A stretch of 64,000 nucleotides of DNA from an uncultured Gemmatimonadales bacterium (GCA_963771275.1 CAVYSW010000003.1:1280001-1344000); one strand, 5' to 3'; counted from the first letter of the stretch, positions 29,384 to 40,171 are shown. Numbers and translations are program-made. The notes: generated by a model from the letters alone, not told the origin.

Positions 29384-30509
29384 ATGAACCGCAAGACGGC
29401 GGCGGGCGCCATCGTGCTCGCTATCGGCTTGGCCAACACCGGCTGCAACGACGTGGTGAGCGCCCAGAACAACGACCTGGCGGAGATCCGCAGCATGCTG
29501 GAAACGGTGCTCGTCCGGCTCGATTCGATCGACGCCCGCATGGTGCGGCAGGACGACTGCCGCGGCCACGCAGCTCGCGGCTCTCAGCACGACGGTGGGC
29601 AAGATCGCCGTGGGGGTCGGCGTCGGCGTCGATCCGACCGTCGGCGGCCAGGCGCAGCTCGAGGGCAGCCTCTGCTTCCAGTATGGGTGGGAGGCGGCCG
29701 CACGGTTCCACTCGGCGATCACGCTGCGGGGGCGCGGCGACGCCATGGTCGGAGTGGACGGCTACGGCAACGGGGGAACCGCCAACATCGACGCGTTCGG
29801 CGGCCAGTCGATTGGCGTGATGCCGCAGGGTGGGGCCTCCGCCAACCTGCAGGTGTGCGCGAAGCTCTCCGGCCAGGCGGGGATCAACAGCGCCGCGGGC
29901 GCCGGGCCCAACATGCAGGTGACCGACGCGACCAAGATCCTGCTGCAGAACCTCATCGCGTCCGTCGGGTCGGACCAGCTCGCGGCCGCCGCCTCGGCCC
30001 GGAGCATGACGGGGCCGCGGGCGGCGCAGGCGCTGAGCGCCCTGACGTCCCTCTCGACCGGCGACCTGCCGTTCGGCGGCGGCGGCGCGGCCAACCTGGT
30101 GGGCGCACTCCCGCTTCCGACGGACATGAGCGCCCTGCTGACCGACCCCTCGAAGATCCTCGACAAGGCGGCCGATGCGGGCGCATACGCCGTGAACCGG
30201 ATCTGCGATCAGAAGCTGTTCACGGGGGAGTTCGCGGGGAAACTCAACGACGCGTGCAACCTGCGGAACCAGATGCCGAGCGGGACGACGTTGATCGCCA
30301 TCCTGCAGGGGCTCGACGGCCTGCCCGCGACGGTGGGGACCCTGCAGAACTCCATGAGCCAGGTGTGCAACACCCTGGGCACGATGGCCCCCGCCACGTT
30401 CTCGATTCCGGCAGTCACCGTGGATTTCCCGCTCGGGATCGGGACAATCCAGACCTTCCCGGGCTACAGCCGGCGGCTGTTCCCGGGGCTGTCGGCACCG
30501 TCCTGCTGA
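29384..30509 (+). pseudogene. Putative lipoprotein split by a frameshift near 29545-29555 (possibly a sequence error)
   Basis: SD GGGGAGGGG; MNRK...LANTGC lipobox-like; short coiled coil; continues in the frame of ORF 29595..30509. Confidence 0.6.
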
Positions 30510-30534
30510 CCGGCGGAGCGGTCGCTCCGCGGAG

Positions 30535-31455
30535 CTACCTGCGCTTCCGCGGAGCGGCCTTCTTCACCGGACGCCGGGCCGGCTTGGCGGGCTTGGCCTT
30601 CCTGGCAAGCGCCTTCCTCGCGGGCTTCGCGACGGTCTTCTTCTTCGCCTTCGCCTTGGGCTTGGCCTTCGGCTTGGCGGCGGCCTTCGGCTTGCGCGCG
30701 TGCACGGCGATCGGCGCGCCCTGCGCGTCCATCAGAATGGCGATCCGGTCGCCACCCGGCACCTCCATCGGGCCGTGCATCACGGAGCCGCCGTGCTTGG
30801 GCACGAGCCCGACCACCCGGTCAGCGCTCGGCACGTGGACGTAGGGCAGCCAGTGGGCCACGGGGATCTCGGGCGGCCGGTTGTACATCCCACCCAGTGC
30901 CCGCGAACCGCCGGGGCGCCGGAACATCCAGTATGTGCCCATCGCGCCCATGTCCATCTGGGAGTCGTACTCCCAGCCGAACAACGCGCGGTAGAAGTCC
31001 CATGCCGCCTTCCAGTCGTCGGCGATGAACTCGTGCCACGAGAAATCCCCGAGCACGTAGTCTTCCGAGGCGGTGCCCGGCGTTTCGGGCTGGAACACCC
31101 CGATGGTCGCTCCCTGCGGGTCGCTGAGCACCGCGACCCGCCCCACGCTGGGCACATCCATCGGTGGGAAGTGGGTCCTGGCACCGAGGCCCGCCGCCAG
31201 GGCCACGGTCGCGTCGACATCGGGCACCGTGACGTAGGCGATCCAGTGCGGCGGGACACCGGCCCGGCGGGCCTCATCGGACAGGGGCATCACGCCGGCC
31301 ATCGGCACGCCCTTCCAGGCGAACATCCGGTAGTTGGGGTCCTTGTCCCAACTCATGACCGTCCAGCCGATCACCTGCTCGTAGAATCCGACCGCGGTGG
31401 GGTCGGCCGTCATCAGCTCATGCCAGACGAAGCGGCCGCGGGACACGACTGCCAT
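30535..31455 (-). CDS. Double-domain VOC/glyoxalase protein with a Lys/Ala-rich C-terminal tail
   Basis: GRFVWHELMT...FY..VIGW and FSWHE...FY..LFGW; DPQGA; tail KPKAAAKPKAKPKAKAKKK. Confidence 0.9.
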   Translation of the reverse strand: MAVVSRGRFVWHELMTADPTAVGFYEQVIGWTVMSWDKDPNYRMFAWKGVPMAGVMPLSDEARRAGVPPHWIAYVTVPDVDATVALAAGLGARTHFPPMDVPSVGRVAVLSDPQGATIGVFQPETPGTASEDYVLGDFSWHEFIADDWKAAWDFYRALFGWEYDSQMDMGAMGTYWMFRRPGGSRALGGMYNRPPEIPVAHWLPYVHVPSADRVVGLVPKHGGSVMHGPMEVPGGDRIAILMDAQGAPIAVHARKPKAAAKPKAKPKAKAKKKTVAKPARKALARKAKPAKPARRPVKKAAPRKRR

Positions 31456-31714
31456 GCGAAGCTCCGGTTTGCTGGGGCTGATAAGGTACGCAGCCCCGAG
31501 GCTGGAATGCCAGTCCGTTCAGCGCGCCTCGGGAGGGGGGACCGGCCGCCCGACCAGGCCGAGCCGGAAGTACTGTCCGGTGGCGAGCGTGGTGACGGTC
31601 TCTGGTGATGACGATGGTCCTCCCCGGCGGCAGCGCGGACTTCATGCGAAGCAGCTCGTCGTGGGCGGGGCGTACCAGGCCCGTGAGCTGAAGGGTCTTT
31701 ACCGCGAGCAGGTT

Positions 31715-32695
31715 TCACCGCGGCAGGTACCGCTTGGGGAACTTGGCCACGACGGTGTACAGCGGGTCCACCACATTGGCGACGGTGCTCTCCACCACCT
31801 GGCCGAGCAGCGCGTAGGCGTCCCAGCGGTCGAACCCGTAGTCCTGCTCAAGCCACTCGACCAGCTCGACGTGCGCGATGCGGAACGCGTCGATCAGCGG
31901 CCGGCCGCTGCCGGCGACCATGATGTAGCGCTCGTCCTCGAGCCGCGGCCAGTCGATCGCCTTGCCCGTGATCACGCCGATCCGGAACACGACGTCCATG
32001 CTGGTCTCGAGCCCGGTCCCGGCCACCTCGCCGTGTCCCTGACGGGCGTGGGCGTCGCCGAAGTAGAAGTAGGCGCCGTCGTGGAAGATCGGCAGGTACA
32101 CCGTGGTGCCGGCGCGGACCTCGGGCGCGTCCATGTTGCCGCCGAAGTCGCCGGGCCACAGCCCGCCGAACGCCTCATCGCCGCGCGGCGCCACGGCCAC
32201 CCGGCCGAGCATCGGCTGGAGGTCGATCGTGACCTCGCGCATCCGGCTGTCGGGAAGCGTGGTCGTGCCGGTCATCCGCTCGCGGTCGAGCCGCCAGACG
32301 TAGCGCCGCGTGGGGATCGGGTCGTTGAGCACGCGCAGCCGGTCGTCGCCCGAGAGCGCGCCGTTTCCCGGGCGTACGCGGGAGGCCGCGGTCTCGTAAT
32401 TCGGGCGGAGCGACACGATCTCGACCACGAGCATGTCGCTGGTGGTCGCTCCCTCGACGTAGATCGGCCCGACCTCACCGGGGAAGTCGCCGCCGGCCGC
32501 CGTGTAGTAGCCGCCGAAGTTGGTCCGGGAGATCAGCACGGTGTTGGGGCGAATGCGCAGCACCGGCTCGCGCACGGCGAACGTGGGGTAGCCGACGGTG
32601 GGGGTGAACCGGACCGTGTCCTGCGCCGCGAGGCGCGGGGCCGGGGTCGCCGCGAGCCAAGCCGCGGCTGGGAGGATCATCAGGGCAATGCGCAT
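31715..32695 (-). CDS. Acetamidase/formamidase family protein with signal peptide
   Basis: GPIYVEGA, PMLGRVAVAP, GGNMD, FYFGDAHARQGHGEVAGTGLE. Confidence 0.9.
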   Translation of the reverse strand: MRIALMILPAAAWLAATPAPRLAAQDTVRFTPTVGYPTFAVREPVLRIRPNTVLISRTNFGGYYTAAGGDFPGEVGPIYVEGATTSDMLVVEIVSLRPNYETAASRVRPGNGALSGDDRLRVLNDPIPTRRYVWRLDRERMTGTTTLPDSRMREVTIDLQPMLGRVAVAPRGDEAFGGLWPGDFGGNMDAPEVRAGTTVYLPIFHDGAYFYFGDAHARQGHGEVAGTGLETSMDVVFRIGVITGKAIDWPRLEDERYIMVAGSGRPLIDAFRIAHVELVEWLEQDYGFDRWDAYALLGQVVESTVANVVDPLYTVVAKFPKRYLPR

Positions 32696-32761
32696 GGTCG
32701 AGCGTCTCCTGTCGGCGCGGGCGGTTGCCGAGCCGTGCTCACGTCACGTGAGCTCGGCGCG

Positions 32762-33022
32762 CTAGTGGAGTCCGGAGGCCGGCGCGGCGCCGCGCCCGCG
32801 ATCGCTCTCCCGGCGCGTCTCGACGAGCTGGCGCAGCGTGAGCGCGATCTCGAACATCAGCAGCGTCACCGCCCAGCTCAGCACCTGACTCGGGAAGATG
32901 TCGACGAACGGAATGCTCCCGCCGAACAGATTGAGGAATTTCTCGATCAGGGCGAGGCCGAAGAGCAGGAAGGCGGTGCCGAGAAAGACGGGCGCGGTGT
33001 AGAGCCCGCTTTGCGTGGTCAT
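32762..33022 (-). CDS. Small 2-TM membrane protein
   Basis: Two hydrophobic segments; ATGA overlap with the glycosylase gene. Confidence 0.6.
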   Translation of the reverse strand: MTTQSGLYTAPVFLGTAFLLFGLALIEKFLNLFGGSIPFVDIFPSQVLSWAVTLLMFEIALTLRQLVETRRESDRGRGAAPASGLH

Positions 33023-33987
33023 GGCGGCTCCTGGGTGGGTGGGGTCTTAGTCGCCGGAGAATAGCGCCGAACGGGGGCGGCCGCGACTCCGCCGGCGCAT
33101 CGCGCCTCCAGCTCCTCCGGCGTGCGCGGCCAGTCGTCCCGGAGCAGCCGGGAGAGCGCGCGGTCGGCGAGCAGGCGGCCGCCAGTCTGGCAGCGCGGGC
33201 AGTAGTTCACCTCGTTCTCCGCGTAGCGGATGCGCTGCACCGGCGCGCCGCAGTCGGGGCACGGCTTCTTGTAGCGGCCGTGCACCGCCATCCCGTCCCT
33301 GAACGCCGTCATCTTTTCCGGAAACGCGTCGCCGGCTTCCAGTCGGAGCCGTGCGCTCCAGCGGGTGAGCGTGTCGCGGGTCGCCGCGAACAGGCGCTCG
33401 ATCTCGTCGGCCGCGAGGTTCGACGTGAGCTGCAGCGGGGAGAGCCGCGCGGCGTGGAGGATCTCGTCCGAGTAGGCATTGCCGATTCCGCTGAGCAGCC
33501 GGGGATCGGTGAGGGCCCGCTTCAGCGTGTGGCGCTCGCGGGTGAGCGCGGCGCGAAACGCGGCGAGGTCGGCGTCGAGCGGCTCGAGCCCGCCCGGGTC
33601 GTGGGCGGCGAGGTCTGACTCGCCGTGCACGATGTGGAGCGCGGCGCGCTGCCGCCGGCCCGCTTCGGTGAGCAGCAGGGTGCCGTTGGGGAAGTCGAAC
33701 GCGGCGAGGCCGGTGCGGCGGGGGAGTGGGGTGCCGGCCGGCTTCCACCGCAGGCGGCCGGCGATCATGAGGTGGAGCACGGCGTAGTAGTCCCCGTCGA
33801 GCTCGAGCACGATCCGCTTGCCGAGCCGACGCGTGCCGCGGACCACGCGGCCCGCCAAGGCCGTGACGGGTGGATCGACCGTTCGCAGCACGAATGGGCT
33901 CGCGATCCGCACGCCGCCGAGCGGCCGGCCGACGACCCGGGCCGTCAGCGCCGCGCGGTACAACTCGATGTCGGGGAGCTCGGGCAT
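33019..33987 (-). CDS. Fpg/Nei family DNA glycosylase/AP lyase
   Basis: N-terminal MPELP, RRLGK, HLMIAG, H2TH SGIGNAYSDE, zinc finger CPDC...CPRCQ. Confidence 0.93.
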   Translation of the reverse strand: MPELPDIELYRAALTARVVGRPLGGVRIASPFVLRTVDPPVTALAGRVVRGTRRLGKRIVLELDGDYYAVLHLMIAGRLRWKPAGTPLPRRTGLAAFDFPNGTLLLTEAGRRQRAALHIVHGESDLAAHDPGGLEPLDADLAAFRAALTRERHTLKRALTDPRLLSGIGNAYSDEILHAARLSPLQLTSNLAADEIERLFAATRDTLTRWSARLRLEAGDAFPEKMTAFRDGMAVHGRYKKPCPDCGAPVQRIRYAENEVNYCPRCQTGGRLLADRALSRLLRDDWPRTPEELEARCAGGVAAAPVRRYSPATKTPPTQEPP

Positions 33988-34116
33988 GCGGGGTGACCTC
34001 CGTGGGCGGAATCTATCCGGCGGGAATGGCCGCCGCCGCCGCCCCGCGGCGGATGCTTCATGCGGCGTTGGGGCTCACGCTGCATATTGATGGGCGTCCA
34101 AATCTCGGAATGGGCC

Positions 34117-35610
34117 ATGCCGTCAGCCGGTCTCTCCCGCCGCCAGTTCGTGATCGCCGCCGGTGCCGCGCTCCCCGGCGTTCGCCTGTCATCCCTGCTG
34201 CGGGACCCGTACGCGCGGCACCCGCTCGTGTCGTCGTCGGCACCGCTCAGGATTCGCGGCCGGGTGCGAGCCGGCGGCCGCGGGCTCGCGCGCGTGGGGG
34301 TGACGGACGGCCTCGAGACGGTTCTCACGGCGGCCGACGGCTCGTTCGAGCTGGTCACCACGGCCGACCGGCCGTTCGTGTCGGTCTCGCTGCCGGCGGG
34401 ATACCGCATCCCGCTGAACCCGACGGGCACGGCGCGCCCCTACCGGCCGATTCCGGCGGGGGTGGGGCGGGAGATGAGCGCCGTGTTCGACCTCGAGCCG
34501 CTGCCCCACGGGGACGAGCGCCATACGTGCCTGCTGCTGCCGGACCCGCAAACGGAGACGCTGGAGGAGACGCGGTGGCTCCAGGAGCAGACGGTGCCCG
34601 ACGTGCGGCGGACGGTCGCCGCGCTCGGCGACCAGGAAGTGTTCGGCGTCGCCTGCGGGGACCTCATGTTCGACCATCTGGAGCTGCTGCCGGAGTACGA
34701 GAAAGCGGTCGCGGCGATGGCGGTGCCGTTCTTCCAGGTGATCGGCAACCACGACATGGACTACACGGCGAGCGGGGACGCTCACGCCAGCGACACGTTC
34801 AGCCGGCACTTCGGACCGCGGTATTACTCGTTCGACCGCGGGGCGGTGCACTACGTGGTGCTGGACGACGTGTTCTGGCACGGGTCGGGGTACATCGGCT
34901 ATCTCGACGACGAGCAGCTCACGTGGCTCGCGGGCGATCTCGCCCGCAGCGAGCCGGGGCGCACGGTGATCGTGATGCTGCACATCCCGGTGCTGGGCGG
35001 CGGCCACGTGCGGATCGGCCGGCGCAGCCCCGAGGTCGGCATGGCGGTGATGAACCGCGAGGCGCTCTACCGGCTGCTCGAGCCGTACCGGGCGCACGTG
35101 CTCGCCGGCCATACGCACGAGAGCGAGCACGGCTTCACCCACGGCGTGCACGAGCACGTGAGCGGCACCGTGTGTGGTGCCTGGTGGAGCGGCCCGATCT
35201 GCGGCGACGGGACGCCGTCCGGCTACAGCGTGTACGAGATCGACGGCGAGTCGGTCTCGTGGTATTACCAGGCCACGGGGCAGGAGGCGACGCACCAGCT
35301 GCGGGTGTATCCGCGCGGCGCCGATGTGGCGGCGCCCGACGAGATCGTGGCGAACGTGTGGAACTGGGACCCCGAGTGGACGGTCGTGTGGTACGAGGGC
35401 GGCGAGCGGCGGGGCGCGATGGCGCAGCGGCGGGGGCGGGACCCGCTGAGCGTGAAGCTCCACACGGGGCCCGACCTCCCGCCGCGGCGGCCGTGGGTGG
35501 AGCCGTACGTCACCGACCACCTGTTCTACGCGCCCGTGGCGCCCGACGTGCGTGACGTCCGCGTGCAGGTGGTGGACCGGTTCAACCGGGTGTTCGACGC
35601 GGTGCTCTGA
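34117..35610 (+). CDS. Tat-exported calcineurin-like metallophosphoesterase
   Basis: SRRQFV signal; DPQ, GDL, GNHD, HIP, GHTH motifs; CGAWWSG..CGDGTP.GY C-terminal domain. Confidence 0.9.
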   Translation: MPSAGLSRRQFVIAAGAALPGVRLSSLLRDPYARHPLVSSSAPLRIRGRVRAGGRGLARVGVTDGLETVLTAADGSFELVTTADRPFVSVSLPAGYRIPLNPTGTARPYRPIPAGVGREMSAVFDLEPLPHGDERHTCLLLPDPQTETLEETRWLQEQTVPDVRRTVAALGDQEVFGVACGDLMFDHLELLPEYEKAVAAMAVPFFQVIGNHDMDYTASGDAHASDTFSRHFGPRYYSFDRGAVHYVVLDDVFWHGSGYIGYLDDEQLTWLAGDLARSEPGRTVIVMLHIPVLGGGHVRIGRRSPEVGMAVMNREALYRLLEPYRAHVLAGHTHESEHGFTHGVHEHVSGTVCGAWWSGPICGDGTPSGYSVYEIDGESVSWYYQATGQEATHQLRVYPRGADVAAPDEIVANVWNWDPEWTVVWYEGGERRGAMAQRRGRDPLSVKLHTGPDLPPRRPWVEPYVTDHLFYAPVAPDVRDVRVQVVDRFNRVFDAVL

Positions 35611-35755
35611 GCGATCGGACGCTCGCGTCCCGGCCCGCTGCGGGATTCCCGGCGGGCGGTCGCGGGCGTCTCATTGGTGACGGCGGTCACATGACATCCT
35701 GCGCTCGCGCCGCGCTACAGGGTACAAGTGGAGGACTCGACGCGGGTGCACCTTC

Positions 35756-37153
35756 ATGGAGGGTTGGCGACTGAGGCACGCTGCTCTGCGTTCGGCAACG
35801 GTGCAATACCTGGTGCGGCTCGCCGCGCTGACCGCGGCCTACTTCGTCGCGGGGATACTCGGCGCGGGGCTAGCCTTCCTCCCGTCGGGCACGAGCCCCG
35901 CCTGGCCGGCGGCCGGGATCGCCCTCGCGGCCCTGGTGCTGCTCGGGGTTCGCCTCTGGCCGGCCGTTCTGATCGGCGCCTTCTTCGCCAGCCTGGTGAC
36001 GGTCGGCGCGGTGGCGGTGTCGAGCGGCATCGCGATCGCCAACACCATCGAAGCCGTGCTGGGCGCGTATCTGATGTTCAGGTGGGTCGGAGGCCCCGGG
36101 GCGTTCGGCCGGGCCCAGCGGACCTTCAAGTTCACGGTGCTCGCCGCAGGAGTCAGCACGATCGGCGCCACGCTGGGGGCCACGACCCTGGCGCTCGGCG
36201 ACCTGGTGCCGTGGACGGCGTTCGGCTCCGTCTGGATCACCCGGTGGCTGGGCCACTTCAGCGGCGACTTGGTGGCCGGGGCCGTCATCCTGCTATGGGC
36301 CACGAATCCGATGACCCGGTGGAGCCTTGGCCAGACGGCGGAGGGAGCCGGTGTGTTTGTCGCCCTCGTCCTCGCGGGCCTTTTCGTGTTCGGCCCCCTC
36401 TCCCCGGCGGCAGCGCTGCGATACCCGCTCGAGTTTCTCTGCCTCCCGCCGCTCCTCTGGGCGGCCTTTCGGCTCGGACCTCGTGAGGCCGCGACCGCCG
36501 TGCTGCTGCTGTCCGCGATTGCCACCCGGGGCACGCTGATCGGCCTCGGCCCGTTCGCGCGGGACACCCCCAGGGAATCGTTGCTGCTGCTCCAGGCCTT
36601 CACATGCGTCGCCGCGGCCATGACGCTGATCGCGGCCGCCGTCGTCCGGGAGCGCCGGTACGTCGAGGAGCAGCTACGCACGCTGTCGGTGAGCGACCCG
36701 CTGACCGGGCTGGCCAACCATCGGCGCCTGGTGGCCGTGCTGGAGAACGAGGTCGAACGCTCCAAGCGCACGGGGCAGCCGTTCGCGCTGCTGTTTCTCG
36801 ATCTCGACGAGCTGAAGGCGATCAACGACCGGCACGGGCATCTGGTCGGCAGCCGCGCTTTGTGCAGACTGGCCGACGTCCTCCGCGCCACATGCCGCGT
36901 GGTGGACACGGCGGCGCGCTACGGCGGCGACGAGTTCGCGGTCGTGCTGCCCGAGACCAACGCGGCGGCGGCCCAGGAGGTGGCACGGCGCGCGGCCGAG
37001 CGGCTCGCGCTGGATGCCGAGCAGCCTCCGCTCACGGCCAGCATGGGCGTGGCAGTCTACCCGCACGACGGGCAGTCGGCGGAAGGGCTGATCGGGACCG
37101 CCGACCGGATGCTGTACGGCATGAAGCGCGCGCGGCTGGAGGATGCGCGCTGA
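35756..37153 (+). CDS. MASE1-GGDEF diguanylate cyclase
   Basis: MASE1 motif WPAAGIALAAL and many TMs; DPLTGLAN, IND.HGH..G, RVVD I-site, YGGDEF. Confidence 0.9.
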   Translation: MEGWRLRHAALRSATVQYLVRLAALTAAYFVAGILGAGLAFLPSGTSPAWPAAGIALAALVLLGVRLWPAVLIGAFFASLVTVGAVAVSSGIAIANTIEAVLGAYLMFRWVGGPGAFGRAQRTFKFTVLAAGVSTIGATLGATTLALGDLVPWTAFGSVWITRWLGHFSGDLVAGAVILLWATNPMTRWSLGQTAEGAGVFVALVLAGLFVFGPLSPAAALRYPLEFLCLPPLLWAAFRLGPREAATAVLLLSAIATRGTLIGLGPFARDTPRESLLLLQAFTCVAAAMTLIAAAVVRERRYVEEQLRTLSVSDPLTGLANHRRLVAVLENEVERSKRTGQPFALLFLDLDELKAINDRHGHLVGSRALCRLADVLRATCRVVDTAARYGGDEFAVVLPETNAAAAQEVARRAAERLALDAEQPPLTASMGVAVYPHDGQSAEGLIGTADRMLYGMKRARLEDAR

Positions 37154-37198
37154 GGGCGGCCATCCGTCACGCCCTCCGGGGCCGGCAGAGCCCCGGGG

Positions 37199-40054
37199 CT
37201 ACGGTGCTCCGGTCTTGGCGTCCTTCTTCCGGGCCTGTTCCTGGTCGAGGTAGCTCACGCCCTTGGTGATCCAGTCGGGCGCGGGCTCTCCTTTGAGATA
37301 ATGGGCGAACCACTCGAGGATGCGGTTGTGGTAGTCGATCTGGTTCGCCTTCTTCGCGTTGCTGTGGTTTTCGCCCTCGTACACGAGGAACACGAAGTCC
37401 TTGCCCGCGCGGCGCGCGGCGTTGTAGTACTCGACCCCCTGGTTGAAGTCCACGGCGCCGTCTTCCGTGCCCTGCGCCACGAGCAACGGTGTGTGCAGCC
37501 GCTCCACGTGGAACACGGGTGAGTTGGCGATGTAGGCGTCGATGTCGTCCCAGAACGGCACCGCCATGCGCCCCTGGCTGATCTCGAAGATCCGGGCGTC
37601 GGTGCCGCCACTGTTCCAGTAGACCGAGAGGTACATGCTCACGAGGTCGGTGAGCGGCGCGCCCGCCACCGCCGCGGCGAAGATGTCGGTCTGGGTCACG
37701 ACGAACGCGGTCTGATAGCCGCCCCACGAGTGCCCGGTGAGCCCGACCTGCTTCGGGTCCACCATGCCGGTTTCGAGCACCCGCTTCACCGCGGGGACGA
37801 TCGCGGCCACCGCCGACCGGCCGGGATCGCGGTCGCGGTAGACGATGTCGGGCTGGAGCACGAAGTAGCCCTGGCTGGTCCAGACGGTGGGGTCGTACGC
37901 CGCGCGGCTCGACGGCACCACGTACTGATGGACCGAGGGTGAGCGGATCTCGTAGATGTAGACGATCATCGGGTAGCGCTTGCCCGGCTCGTAGTCCGCC
38001 GGATAGAACAGGGCGCCCTGGAGCCGCTCGCCCCAATCGTTGCGATACTCGATCAGCTCGGAGCGGCCCCAGCGGTACTCGCGCTGGAACGGGTTGGTGT
38101 GGCTCACTTGCCGCGCGCTCGCCAGGGTCGGGCCGGCAACGAAGAAGTTGGGCGAGCGGTCGAAGTCCTGCGCGACGTAGAGGTAGACCTCGGCGTCTCT
38201 GGCCTTGCTGAGCCGGCCGATGCTCGCGTCCTCCCACACCAGCCGCTCGACCTTGCCGCCCGCGAGCCGGCTGTAGCCGCTCCGCTTGCTCCAGTCGCCG
38301 GTGGTGCTGAGGTAGACCGGCTTCGCCAGGTCGACGTACTTCTCGTCGGGATCGAGCCGCACGCGCCGATAGCGGGTCGAGTCGGTCATGCCAACCGTGA
38401 GGCGCCTCGTTCCGGAGCTGTCGGGGCGGGCTTCCCAGACGTCGTACTCGTCGTACAGCAGCACGCTGCGATCGTCCTTCGTCCAGCCACCCGTCCCGAA
38501 CGGCGGCTTCTGCTCCACCGGATGGTCATCCTTGACGTTGACGAACGTGGTGGCGAGGCCGGCCGTGACGTTGGTGTGCTTCCCGGTGGCGAGGTCGTAC
38601 GTCCAGTAGTGGTCCTTCATCAGGTACAGCAGGTACCGGCCCGCCGAGCTGGGGCCGTAGGTGTACTGCACCTTCTGCATGATGAGCGTGGCATCGCCCG
38701 TGGCCACGTCGATGCGGTAGAGGTCCTGATAGTCGGGCCCGAACATACCGTCCCGCTCGTAGGGCGTCCGGTCCGTACCGATCGCCCAGCGATCGCCCTT
38801 GGCGAGCGTGACGTCCTCGGTGAGCTCGGTGCCGAGCCGCACGAATCGCGCGTCGTCCAGATGCCAGGCGATCAGGTGATTCCGCCGCCGATCCTGGTTG
38901 GCCCGGACTTTCTGCTCCGGGTAGATGTCCACGTCCTTCGCGTTCCAGATCTGCACGGTGCTCGGCTCGTCCGGCTCGTCGGCCGCCGGCTTGCGGTCGG
39001 CTCGGGCCCCGGCGGTGTCGCGCGGCGCCTTGGCCGTGTCGCGGGCCGCGGTGGAGTCCTTCGTCGCCGTCGAGTCCTTCGCCTCCTGTTTCGCCCTCTC
39101 GCGCTCCTTGATGCCGAAGTAGAGGGTGCGCGCGTCGTCGGACCAGCGGATGCCGGCGTAGGTCACCACGCGCATGTCGGCCGGGAAGCCCGGGGTGGAG
39201 TCGGGGTCGAACGCGAACGCCGCCTGGCGGTTGCCGGCCACGTCGCGCCAGGCGAGCACCACGTAGGTCGAGTCCTTGTAGCGCTTGTCGTCGGCGCGGA
39301 GGCGCATCACCGCGAGGTCGTCGTCGTCCTCACGCCACGTGAGACCCTCGTAGCGCGCGTTCTTCGACTCGAGCAACCGCAGCCGGCCGGACCCGGGATC
39401 GAACAGCTCGACGCCGTTGCCCGCCTGCCCCTCGGCGTCGATCAGCATCGCGACCAACCCGCCCTTCGGCTGCCAGGCGTATTCCGCGACGTTGCCGAAA
39501 TTGGTCTCGCTGCCGGCGGCGAGGTCGCGCACGACGAGGTCCACGCCGCGCTGCTTGCGACTCCCGGCCCCTTCGGGGGCGTAGCGCCGCATGGTGAGGT
39601 AGCGGCTGTCGTCGGAGAAGGTGAAGCCGGCGACGTCGGCGACGCTGAGCGTGTCGCCGGTGACGAGGTTCCTCAGCCCAAGCCGCATGTGGATCGGCTT
39701 CTTCTCCTTCTCCAGCCGCGCGCGCTCCTTGGCGCTCACGCCGATCGCGTACGCCAGCCAGCGTCCGTCCCGGGAGAACCGCGGGCTCTGCGCGTACGGC
39801 ACGACGAGCGTGGTGTCGCGGTCGAGTGGCGTGATGCGGAGCTCGTTCTCCTCGTTCACCCGATCGACCGGGTATGCGAGCCACCTGCCGTCGGGCGAGA
39901 TCTGGCTGGCGAACGCGAGCGATTCCCACTTGCCGTAGTCGGCGGGCGTGAGGGATCGCCTGGCGGTGTCCTGGGCGGCGAGGTCGGAGACGCCGAGCAG
40001 AATGGCGCCGGCGAGCACGAGGGTGAGCAGGCGCGGTGTGGACCGGACCGACAT
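37199..40054 (-). CDS. Secreted S9 family (prolyl oligopeptidase-like) peptidase
   Basis: Signal peptide; beta-propeller SPDGRWLAY repeats; GHSWGGY, D in GTEDGAV, H in GENH. Confidence 0.92.
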   Translation of the reverse strand: MSVRSTPRLLTLVLAGAILLGVSDLAAQDTARRSLTPADYGKWESLAFASQISPDGRWLAYPVDRVNEENELRITPLDRDTTLVVPYAQSPRFSRDGRWLAYAIGVSAKERARLEKEKKPIHMRLGLRNLVTGDTLSVADVAGFTFSDDSRYLTMRRYAPEGAGSRKQRGVDLVVRDLAAGSETNFGNVAEYAWQPKGGLVAMLIDAEGQAGNGVELFDPGSGRLRLLESKNARYEGLTWREDDDDLAVMRLRADDKRYKDSTYVVLAWRDVAGNRQAAFAFDPDSTPGFPADMRVVTYAGIRWSDDARTLYFGIKERERAKQEAKDSTATKDSTAARDTAKAPRDTAGARADRKPAADEPDEPSTVQIWNAKDVDIYPEQKVRANQDRRRNHLIAWHLDDARFVRLGTELTEDVTLAKGDRWAIGTDRTPYERDGMFGPDYQDLYRIDVATGDATLIMQKVQYTYGPSSAGRYLLYLMKDHYWTYDLATGKHTNVTAGLATTFVNVKDDHPVEQKPPFGTGGWTKDDRSVLLYDEYDVWEARPDSSGTRRLTVGMTDSTRYRRVRLDPDEKYVDLAKPVYLSTTGDWSKRSGYSRLAGGKVERLVWEDASIGRLSKARDAEVYLYVAQDFDRSPNFFVAGPTLASARQVSHTNPFQREYRWGRSELIEYRNDWGERLQGALFYPADYEPGKRYPMIVYIYEIRSPSVHQYVVPSSRAAYDPTVWTSQGYFVLQPDIVYRDRDPGRSAVAAIVPAVKRVLETGMVDPKQVGLTGHSWGGYQTAFVVTQTDIFAAAVAGAPLTDLVSMYLSVYWNSGGTDARIFEISQGRMAVPFWDDIDAYIANSPVFHVERLHTPLLVAQGTEDGAVDFNQGVEYYNAARRAGKDFVFLVYEGENHSNAKKANQIDYHNRILEWFAHYLKGEPAPDWITKGVSYLDQEQARKKDAKTGAP

Positions 40055-40129
40055 GAACTCCTCCAGGAAGGACGTATGGTCGAAACGATTCGGGTAAGGT
40101 ACTGCGGCGCGGCGCGGCGCGGCGGGGCG

Positions 40130-40155
40130 AGCGGGGCGGCCGGGGCCGCCCCGCT
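40130..40155. terminator. GC hairpin between the EgtB-like and peptidase genes
   Basis: AGCGGGGCGGCC/GGCCGCCCCGCT; preceded by (GCGGC)4; no T run. Confidence 0.35.
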
Positions 40156-40171
40156 GAGCGGGCACTGCGGA

